Below, in pieces: positions 39,248 through 46,473 of a stretch of DNA of 56,280 bases. Position 1 is the first letter of the stretch; each line of letters begins with the position of its first letter. The translations under genes and the position numbers were made by a program. Under the pieces are notes generated by a model. It had not been told where the DNA came from. It saw only the letters and a list, made by a program, of their open reading frames with translations, and searched no databases. The DNA is from Anaerolineae bacterium. Lineage in GTDB: Bacteria > Chloroflexota > Anaerolineae > UBA4142. The DNA lies in NCBI GenBank assembly GCA_034435315.1, contig DAOTYB010000071.1:1-56280 (forward strand). The letters run 5' to 3'.

Positions 39248-40771
39248 CTATTTTTTCGCTGCCAGTGCCAGTGCCAGATGGACAAATGTGCGCGTTGGGG
39301 TGCCATTGCCAAATTTGTTCTTGTACCCATCTTCTTTACCTGTGCCGAGCAAACCGCCGACACTTCCGGCGATGTCGAGATGCGCCCATTTGGTCTCGCC
39401 CACAAAATTTTTGATGAACATTGCGCCGATAATCGAACCGGCGGGACGTCCACCCGAATTTTTAATGTCCGCCCAATCGCTTTTGATCTGTTCGGCATAC
39501 TCGGGGTCCATCGGCATCAGCCAGTTCTTCTCACCGGTCTCTTCGCCGATTTTGAAGAGAAGTTCGCCCAGTTCTTTATCATTGCAAAAAACGCCGGTGC
39601 GGTGATGTCCCAGCGCAATCACCATCGCGCCGGTCAGTGTGGCGGCATCTACAACGGGTGAAAGTTTGAGCGTCTGAGTGGCATACACTAACGCATCAGC
39701 AAGGATGAGCCGCCCTTCGGCGTCGGTGCTGACAATTTCAATCGTCTTGCCATTCATTGCCCTCAGAATATCGCCGGGCTTGAACGCCTTGCCGCTGGGC
39801 AAGTTCTCGGTCGCTGGTACGATGCCCGTCACATTGATGGCTGGCTTTAACTGCGCGATGGCTTGCATCGCGGCGAGAACTGCCGCGCCGCCCGCCATAT
39901 CGCCTTTCATATCTTGCATTCCATCGGCGGGCTTGAGTGAAATGCCACCCGAATCGAACGTGATGGCTTTGCCGACCAGACCCAAGCCCGGCGCGCCTTT
40001 TTTGCCACTTCCCCAGTAGCGCAAGATGATGATGCACGGGGGTTCATCCGATCCTTGCGCCACGCCCAGAAAGGCACCCATTCCCAACTTTTTGGCTTTG
40101 TCGCGATCAATCACATCGAAATCGAGATCGTATTTTTTGGCGATCTCTCTGGCGACATTCGCGAGGTAGGTAGGTGTCACCACGTTGCTCGGTTCATTGG
40201 TCAGATCGCGCGCCAGATTGGTGGCGTTGGCGATGATTTCACCTCGCGTCGCGCCTTCTTTCAGCGCTTTGAGTTTGGCAGGATCACGATCCAGCAACAC
40301 CACCTGATCAACTGTTTTAACCTCCTCGTTGCTGGTAAAGTACTTGCGAAACTGCCACAAACCGAGCAGGATGCCTTCGGCATTGGCTTGTGCGACACTT
40401 TCGAGAGTAAGATGGTCCAGTCCTGCGCCGTGAACCACACTCGCAATCTTTTTTGCTCCGGCGTTACGGAGCGCGCACACACCATTCGCCGCTGCATGGC
40501 GCGCGCGATCAAGAGTGAATTCGGTTTGTTTGCCCAATCCTACCACACAGACGCGCTCGGCAGGCAATTTATCGAAGGTGTGCACGATGGTGGTGCTACC
40601 TAACTTGCCCTTGATTTCGCCTTGCTTGATCATTCGGGTGAGCAAACCGCGCAATTTCTTATCTACCGCCCCTGCTGCACCGTCAGGCGACATTGCCCCT
40701 TCGAACAAATTTACCACAATGCCATCGCCTTTCCATGTCGTAATGTCACCGCTTTGCACTTTGAGTTCCAT
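39248..40771 (-). CDS. pepA: Leucyl aminopeptidase (M17).
   Basis: GKAITFDSGGISLKP and VSTDAEGRLILADAL. Confidence 0.9.
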   Translation of the reverse strand: MELKVQSGDITTWKGDGIVVNLFEGAMSPDGAAGAVDKKLRGLLTRMIKQGEIKGKLGSTTIVHTFDKLPAERVCVVGLGKQTEFTLDRARHAAANGVCALRNAGAKKIASVVHGAGLDHLTLESVAQANAEGILLGLWQFRKYFTSNEEVKTVDQVVLLDRDPAKLKALKEGATRGEIIANATNLARDLTNEPSNVVTPTYLANVAREIAKKYDLDFDVIDRDKAKKLGMGAFLGVAQGSDEPPCIIILRYWGSGKKGAPGLGLVGKAITFDSGGISLKPADGMQDMKGDMAGGAAVLAAMQAIAQLKPAINVTGIVPATENLPSGKAFKPGDILRAMNGKTIEIVSTDAEGRLILADALVYATQTLKLSPVVDAATLTGAMVIALGHHRTGVFCNDKELGELLFKIGEETGEKNWLMPMDPEYAEQIKSDWADIKNSGGRPAGSIIGAMFIKNFVGETKWAHLDIAGSVGGLLGTGKEDGYKNKFGNGTPTRTFVHLALALAAKK

Positions 40772-40793
40772 TTTTGCCTCCTTCGAAAATACA

Positions 40794-40904
40794 TTTGTTC
40801 ACAAAGGTCACGAAGGAACACGAAGAAAAACCTTCGTGAATCTTCGTGTCCTTCGTGGATCTTTTCATCCGTCGTGGCGGGCGCACGCGCCCATGAACAA
40901 CTCC
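40794..40904. repeat. Repeat family R1 copy (about 111 bp, MITE-like, non-coding).
   Basis: TTTGTTCACAAAGGTCACGAAGGAACACGAAGAAAAACCTTCGTG...GGCGGGCGCACGCGCCCATGAACAACTCC, with internal hairpins. Confidence 0.85.
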
Positions 40905-40917
40905 TTGCAAAAATATG

Positions 40918-41029
40918 TTTGTCCACGAAGGTCACGAAGGAACACGAAGAAAAAATCTTTGTGTCTCTTCGTGTTCTTGGTGGATATTTTCATTCGTCGT
41001 AGCGGGCGCATGCGCCTATGAACAACTCC
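40918..41029. repeat. Repeat family R1 copy, in tandem with the previous copy.
   Basis: It is roughly 85% identical by eye to 40794-40904. Both are flanked by CCTTCGAAAA. Confidence 0.85.
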
Positions 41030-41199
41030 TCCTTCGAAAACGTTAGACAAATTTCAAATTTGCCCTACGTTGTAACTACTCAGCCCCGGACAGCGATCGC
41101 TGTCGGTTAGAAACCGACGGCTAACGCAAACCGATGGCTGAGCCTGAATTTCGCGTTGTTGTACGGGCGAAAAATCTTTTGCCCCTTACGGGAACAATC

Positions 41200-41375
41200 C
41201 CACTCATCCCCCTGCCCTCTTCTCTCCCCGTTTGCGGGAAGAGAAGGGGGAAATGGGAGTAGTGGTGAGGGCGGGCGGCAAATCCGCCCGCCCTCACCAC
41301 CTTCCCTTACTGATTCCCCCTCCCCACGCCGCAGAGCGGCGTGGGGAGGGAGCAAGGGGGTGGGGCTTTTGCACG
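41200..41375. repeat. Three consecutive GC-rich hairpins (family R3) plus an R2-like fragment.
   Basis: CCCCTGCCCTCTTCTCTCCCCG-TTTG-CGGGAAGAGAAGGGGG; GGTGAGGGCGGGCGG-CAAAT-CCGCCCGCCCTCACC; CCCCCTCCCCACGCC-GCAGAGC-GGCGTGGGGAGGG. Confidence 0.8.
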
Positions 41376-41387
41376 ATGGGCGAAAAT

Positions 41388-42305
41388 CTATTTGCTATTG
41401 TTTACATCAAATTCGCCCAGATAGCGCCCGGCGCGCGCGACATCGTGCTCGTGTTTGAGTAACACGGTGAGTGTGTTCGCCAGAGTTTTCTCATCAATGT
41501 TTTGCGCGTTCAGAGTCACCAGCGCGCGTGCCCAATCCAGCGTCTCGCTGATACTGGGATGCTTTTTGAGATCGAGTTGGCGTAGGCGATGCACTAACTG
41601 GACGGCTTGTTGTGCAAGGTGTGGCGCAAGGTCAGGCACTTTGAGGCGCACGATGCGTAATTCCGATTCGATGGTGGGATAGTCAATGAACAGATAGAGG
41701 CACCGCCGTTTCAAGGCTTCGGAGAGTTCGCGCGTGTTGTTGCTGGTGAGAACCACAAACGGCGTATGCCGCGCGCGAAGCGTACCGAGTTCGGGAATAC
41801 TGACCTGAAAATCACTCAACACCTCGAGCAAGAACGCTTCAAATTCTGCATCCGCGCGATCAATCTCGTCAATCAACAGGAGCACGGGTTGTTCCGCGAG
41901 GATGGCGCGCAAGAGTGGGCGCGGCAACAAAAAACGCGTGGAGAAGAAAACGTCCTCTTCCGCCGCCAGACGATCAGCCGCCTGAGTGAGTGTTTGCGCG
42001 CCGCGCAACACATCGTGCAGTTTGTCACGCAAGAGTTGCGTGTAGAGCATTTGCTTGGCGTATTCCCATTCGTACAGGGCTTTGGTCTCGTCCAGTCCTT
42101 CGTAACACTGCAAACGAATTAATTCGCGCTGGAGCGCGCTGGACCACGCTTTGGCGAGTTCGGTCTTGCCCACGCCGGCGGGTCCTTCCACCAGCACGGG
42201 TTTGTTCAATCGCGTAGCAAGAAAGATGACGGTGGCAATCTCATCGGTGGCAATGTACTGTTGGGCAGCGAGTGCCTCTTTGACTTGATTTATACTCTGG
42301 AACAT
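41388..42305 (-). CDS. MoxR-like AAA+ ATPase (AAA_5).
   Basis: Walker A GPAGVGKT and Walker B LLLIDEIDRAD. It is 305 aa. Confidence 0.85.
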   Translation of the reverse strand: MFQSINQVKEALAAQQYIATDEIATVIFLATRLNKPVLVEGPAGVGKTELAKAWSSALQRELIRLQCYEGLDETKALYEWEYAKQMLYTQLLRDKLHDVLRGAQTLTQAADRLAAEEDVFFSTRFLLPRPLLRAILAEQPVLLLIDEIDRADAEFEAFLLEVLSDFQVSIPELGTLRARHTPFVVLTSNNTRELSEALKRRCLYLFIDYPTIESELRIVRLKVPDLAPHLAQQAVQLVHRLRQLDLKKHPSISETLDWARALVTLNAQNIDEKTLANTLTVLLKHEHDVARAGRYLGEFDVNNSK

Positions 42306-42403
42306 TCGTCTCCTTACGAAAAAATGACCGCTGACGGACGACCGCTGCCCTTGAACGTGAAAGGGCGTGAAGGAGCGCGACAGGGGGCGAATGGATGCCA
42401 GGC

Positions 42404-42556
42404 ATTTTTCATCTTTCGCGGCGGGCGCGAGCGCCTATCAGCCACTCCGAAAACAAGTTTGTCCACAAGGTCACGAAGAAAAGACCTTTGTGAATCTTTG
42501 TGTCCTCGGTCACTCGTTGCATTCGATGGTTGGTGAACGTATGTTTATGAACAACC
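42404..42556. repeat. R1 partial copy (3' half, 42404-42447) followed by a degenerate full R1 copy (42458-42556).
   Basis: TTTGTCCACAAGGTCACGAAGAAAAGACCTTTGTG...TTTATGAACAACC. Confidence 0.7.
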
Positions 42557-42647
42557 TGTCGTCAACGTGTCTGCGGCGTTTTTGGTTTGTTGCCATTGTA
42601 GCGCGTCCTGCCCAAAACGTCAACCGCCTTTTTCAGTTTTCAGGGGT

Positions 42648-42864
42648 GTATTTCAGTTTGGGGCAAGCTTCTCAGCCCACCTTTTGCACTTTTGCAAACG
42701 CATAGCCCCACCCCCTGCCCTCTCCCCGTTGGGGCGAAAAATTTTTTCGCCCCAACGGGGAGGGGGAGTCAAAGGACGGGGTGGTGGCGAGCGGCGAAGC
42801 CGCCCGCCACCACCCCGTCATCCCCCTTCTCTCCCCGCGTCGCGGGGAGAGAAGGGAGCAGGGG
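42648..42864. repeat. R2 copy, a perfect 36-nt palindrome, and the R3 hairpin pair.
   Basis: CCCCGTTGGGGCGAAAAATTTTTTCGCCCCAACGGGG is a perfect palindrome. It is followed by the same two hairpins seen at 38483-38567. Confidence 0.85.
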
Positions 42865-42925
42865 GATGAGAGGGGATTGCTCAAGAGCACGGCGGCGAAA
42901 TTTATGGCTCAAGCGGATTTGCCCC

Positions 42926-42976
42926 CAAACTGAAATGCTCCCCTTTATCAGTTGCAGTTGGGAGCATTTCAGTTTG
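42926..42976. repeat. 17-bp perfect-stem hairpin made from two inverted AAACTGAAAT modules.
   Basis: CAAACTGAAATGCTCCC, 17-nt loop, GGGAGCATTTCAGTTTG. Confidence 0.8.
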
Positions 42977-42984
42977 CTTGCCTC

Positions 42985-43013
42985 TTGCCATACCACTCAA
43001 AATCGTGTAAACT
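42985..43013 (+). promoter_or_regulatory. Candidate promoter: TTGCCA, 17-nt spacer, TAAACT.
   Basis: It lies 50 nt upstream of ATG 43063. Confidence 0.35.
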
Positions 43014-43062
43014 ACACACGGGCGTATTTCAAACTCACCTATCACCTCACCGAGGAGACAAA

Positions 43063-44457
43063 ATGAAGACACGCGATCATTCGAAATTGTTTCAAGACCT
43101 CGCGGCAGAGTATGCCCAGCATTCCCCTACCTCTGCGATGTTACACACGCGTGCGCAGCAAACGATGATTGATGGTGGCAGCCATCCACTTCGCCTCATT
43201 CGTCCGTTTCCCCCGCGTCTGGTCCGCGCTCAAGGTGCCTACATCTATGATGCCGATGGGCATTCAATTCTGGATTTCTGGCAAGGGCATTATACCAACA
43301 TTTTGGGGCACAATCCTGCTGTGATTATAACCACACTCGCGCGCGCATTCGAATCGGGTTGGGGGCTGCAAACCGGCTTTACCGATCAACTGCAAATCGA
43401 ACTGGCGGAAATCATCTGCAAGCAAACGCAATCAGAGCGCGTGCGTTTTACGACCAGCGGCGCGCTGGCAACGATGAATGCCATTATGCTCGCGCGCGCG
43501 TTCACCGGGCGCGAACTGGTGATGAAAGTGGGAGGCGGCTGGCATGGCGCGCAACCCTGGGGCCTGGTAGGAGTCAACTTTGCTCATCGCGCAAATCCCT
43601 GGCGCATCGAAAGTCAGGGCTTGCCGAGTTCTCTGGTCAACGAGGTGGTCATCACGCGCTACAATCGCCCTGACATTTTGCGCGCGCATTTTCAGCAGTA
43701 TGGCGATCGGCTGGCGTGTTTCATCGTCGAACCGTTTATGGGGGCGGGCGGGTTTATGCCGGCGACGCGCGAGTATCTGCGCACCGCGCGTGAACTGTGT
43801 GACCATTACGGCGTCGTCTTGATTTTCGACGAAGTGATTAGCGGCTTTCGTTTTCGTGCCGGCACGCTGGGCGCGCTGTACAACATCCAGCCCGATTTGA
43901 CCACGCTCGCCAAGATTGTTGGCGGTGGAATGCCGGTGGCGGCCGTCGCAGGACGCGCGGCGATTCTCCAACTGTGCGGACGCGCCGGGGGGAATCGCGT
44001 GCGCTTTATGGGTGGCACCTACTCGGCGCATCCCGCCTCGCTGCTTGCCGCAAAAACCTTGCTTGCCTATCTGGTGGAACACGAACAGGAAATCTATCCG
44101 CGCCTTGCGCAACTGGGCGCGCAAATGCGTCAGGTTATCGAAGCGGCATTCCGCACCGAGGGAATTTTCGCGCGCTGCACAGGCTATCCCAATGATGCGC
44201 TGGGCGGCAGTTCGTTCGCTGTGCCACAATTTCCATATGACGAGAATCAATCGCTCGATAGCCCCGATGAGGTGAATGATCCTGGCTTGTGTGATGTCGA
44301 GTTGCGCGATCACATCTTTCAACTGGCGTTACTGTTGGAAGATGTGCACGTAGTTCATGGTGGCGGCGCGGTCAGTATGGCGCACACGGAACATGACCTT
44401 GCGCGTTTGGGCGACGCCGCGCAGCGCGTAGCGCGACGCATCAAAAAATATTTGTGA
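43063..44457 (+). CDS. Class III PLP aminotransferase (glutamate-1-semialdehyde aminomutase-like).
   Basis: FDEVISGFRF and TLAKIVGGGMP (PLP Lys). Start at ATG 43063 after GAGGAGA. Confidence 0.8.
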   Translation: MKTRDHSKLFQDLAAEYAQHSPTSAMLHTRAQQTMIDGGSHPLRLIRPFPPRLVRAQGAYIYDADGHSILDFWQGHYTNILGHNPAVIITTLARAFESGWGLQTGFTDQLQIELAEIICKQTQSERVRFTTSGALATMNAIMLARAFTGRELVMKVGGGWHGAQPWGLVGVNFAHRANPWRIESQGLPSSLVNEVVITRYNRPDILRAHFQQYGDRLACFIVEPFMGAGGFMPATREYLRTARELCDHYGVVLIFDEVISGFRFRAGTLGALYNIQPDLTTLAKIVGGGMPVAAVAGRAAILQLCGRAGGNRVRFMGGTYSAHPASLLAAKTLLAYLVEHEQEIYPRLAQLGAQMRQVIEAAFRTEGIFARCTGYPNDALGGSSFAVPQFPYDENQSLDSPDEVNDPGLCDVELRDHIFQLALLLEDVHVVHGGGAVSMAHTEHDLARLGDAAQRVARRIKKYL

Positions 44458-44474
44458 GTCAAAGGAGTAGAACC

Positions 44475-45464
44475 ATGGCTAAACCGATTCGTGTGATTCA
44501 GTACGGTCTGGGACCCATCGGTTGCGCGATGGCGCGTCACGTTCTGGAGCGCCCCGGTTTGCAACTGGTTGGCGGGGTGGACATTGACCCGAACAAGGTC
44601 GGTAAAGATGTGGGGCAAGTGATCGGACTGGAGCGCGATCTGGGCATCACGGTCGTGCCCAAACTGGCTGACCTCAAGAAAAAAGCTGATGTGGTTCTTC
44701 ACACCACTAGTTCGTACTTTGATTTGTTCAAATCTCAGATCATCGAGATTGTCAAAGCCGGCTACGACGTAGTTTCGACGGCAGAAGAATTGTCGTTCCC
44801 ATGGCTTGCGCATCCCAGAGAAGCCAGAGCGATTGATGCGGCCGCCAGGCGCGCCGGCAAAACGGTACTCGCGACCGGCGTCAATCCCGGTTTTCTGATG
44901 GACTCGCTGCCGCTCTATCTCACCGCGATCTGTCAGCGCGTCGAGCGCGTCGAAGTGGTGCGCTTGATGAACGCATCAAAACGGCGTGGCCCCTTTCAGA
45001 AAAAAATCGGTTCGGGAATGACGGTAGCCGAGTTCAACGCTGAAATGAAAAAGGGTCGAATGGGACACGTCGGCTTGCCCGAATCGGTGGGAATGATTTT
45101 TGACACGCTCGGCAAGAAACTAGTCAAGTTTGAAACAACGGTGGAGCCGGTGGTGGCAGACAAGCCGGTGAAAACCGAATTTTTCACTGTGGCGCCCGGC
45201 TATGTGCGCGGCTTGAAACAGGTCGCGCGTGGCTATGCACCCGAAGGTGAATTTGTCACGCTCACATTCATCGCCGCGCTCGACGAACCCGATGAACACG
45301 ATGCCATCACCATCACAGGCAAACCCAATTTGCGTGTGCGTCTGGAAGGAACGCACGGCGACATTGCGACGATTGCGATTGCGGTCAATGCGATCAAGCG
45401 CGTGTTCAAGGGACCACCCGGCTTGATGACAATGCGCGATCTTCCCCTCGTGACAATGTGGTAA
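44475..45464 (+). CDS. DapB-fold NAD(P)H-dependent amine dehydrogenase family protein (2,4-diaminopentanoate dehydrogenase-like).
   Basis: IRVIQYGLGPIGCAMARH, ATGVNPGFLMDSLP and GTHGDIATIAIAVNAI...PGLMTMRDLP. Confidence 0.65.
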   Translation: MAKPIRVIQYGLGPIGCAMARHVLERPGLQLVGGVDIDPNKVGKDVGQVIGLERDLGITVVPKLADLKKKADVVLHTTSSYFDLFKSQIIEIVKAGYDVVSTAEELSFPWLAHPREARAIDAAARRAGKTVLATGVNPGFLMDSLPLYLTAICQRVERVEVVRLMNASKRRGPFQKKIGSGMTVAEFNAEMKKGRMGHVGLPESVGMIFDTLGKKLVKFETTVEPVVADKPVKTEFFTVAPGYVRGLKQVARGYAPEGEFVTLTFIAALDEPDEHDAITITGKPNLRVRLEGTHGDIATIAIAVNAIKRVFKGPPGLMTMRDLPLVTMW

Positions 45465-45470
45465 GCGGTT

Positions 45471-46223
45471 ATGTCAGTGATTGAGGCGCTACTGGCGACG
45501 TTGCCGCCAGGACGTGTGGAGGCGGTATGCATCGGCGCGTTCTGGACTGCGGTGGTCGTGGAGACGCACGGGACAAGGCAGTGTGGACTTGCGGCAACGC
45601 ATTATCCCGACGCGCGTCACGACAGTGATGCGCCCGCCGTACGCGATGCTGGCACATTGCTGGAGCGTGACGCGCGTGCCCTAGCGGAACGCGCGCGCTC
45701 GACGAGTTTGATGGAAGTGGCGTTGGGTCTTGCGACGATCAACGCGCTGTTGCCCAAACACCCGTACGCCTGGACGAACGTGAACGCCGAAGAGGTGATC
45801 GCGCGCGATGGAGCGGGCAAGCGAGTGGTGGTGGTAGGGCATTTCCCTTTTGTCTCGCGTTTGCGTGAACGCGTGGGCACACTGTGGGTGCTGGAGCAAC
45901 AACCGCGGCCGGGGGATTTGCCCTCCCACGAAGCCGCGCGCGTGGTTCCTCAGGCGGATGTGCTGGCTCTCTCTGGCACCACGCTCATCAATCACACCTT
46001 TGATGCGTTGATGGCATGGCGGCGTCCCGAAACGCGCGTGCTGGTTGTGGGTCCCAGTACACCGCTCTCGCCTGTTCTGTTCGATGTGGGGGTGCATTTC
46101 CTTTCGGGTGCCATCGTTGAAAATATCGAGGGGGTGATGCGTGGTGTGAGTCAGGGGGCAACTTTTCGGCAACTGCATCGTTTGGGTGTGCGTCTGGTCA
46201 CGCTCGAACGGATGCCGGATTGA
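45471..46223 (+). CDS. DUF364/DUF4213-type Rossmann-like protein ('putative heavy-metal chelation' family).
   Basis: GAFWTAVVVE...CGLAAT, VVVVGHFPF and LALSGTTLINHTFDALM. Confidence 0.6.
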   Translation: MSVIEALLATLPPGRVEAVCIGAFWTAVVVETHGTRQCGLAATHYPDARHDSDAPAVRDAGTLLERDARALAERARSTSLMEVALGLATINALLPKHPYAWTNVNAEEVIARDGAGKRVVVVGHFPFVSRLRERVGTLWVLEQQPRPGDLPSHEAARVVPQADVLALSGTTLINHTFDALMAWRRPETRVLVVGPSTPLSPVLFDVGVHFLSGAIVENIEGVMRGVSQGATFRQLHRLGVRLVTLERMPD

Positions 46224-46263
46224 CGACGGAGGACGAAGGACGAAAGACGGAGGACGAAAGACG
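46222..46263. repeat. GACGAAG-family heptamer array that overlaps the stop codon.
   Basis: GACGACGGAGGACGAAGGACGAAAGACGGAGGACGAAAGACG begins inside TGA 46221-46223. Confidence 0.8.
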
Positions 46264-46317
46264 CAGAGGTGGCCGTCTCTGATTTTCTCCTTGGTCTTGA
46301 TGCAAGGAGAGGAGGAA

Positions 46318-46473
46318 ATGTACATTCTGAATGAAGAACGTGGGCAAGGATTGATGGAGTATGGTCTGATCATTTTCTTGGCTGCTATCATCGTCGTCCT
46401 TATTCTCACCGTGTATGGTTCGCAAGTGGCGAACCTTTTCAGCCGCGTGACCAGCCAGATCTCTGGATTGTGA
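46318..46473 (+). CDS. Flp/Fap family (type IVb) pilin-like small protein.
   Basis: 51 aa. ERGQGLMEYGLIIFLAAIIVV matches the Flp G-x4-EY processing motif plus a hydrophobic helix. AAGGAGAGGAGGAA ribosome-binding site. Confidence 0.7.
   Translation: MYILNEERGQGLMEYGLIIFLAAIIVVLILTVYGSQVANLFSRVTSQISGL

Noticed and set aside
40515-41021. ORFs running through repeat families R1/R2/R3 (also 4-297, 23061-23309, 41156-41458, 42367-42705, 42692-43066 and 38405-38671).
   Set aside because: The reading frames are created by multi-copy non-coding repeats. The same DNA occurs in both orientations, ribosome-binding sites are absent, and the peptides recur wherever the repeat does.
41070-41140. A possible structured small RNA: CTCAGCC...GGCTGAG flanks enclosing the GACAGCGATCGCTGTC palindrome and a TCGGTT-AGA-AACCGA hairpin.
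   Set aside because: It does not match any RNA family I can recognise. It has no clear promoter or terminator and sits in a repeat-dense spacer. I am keeping it as a curiosity only.
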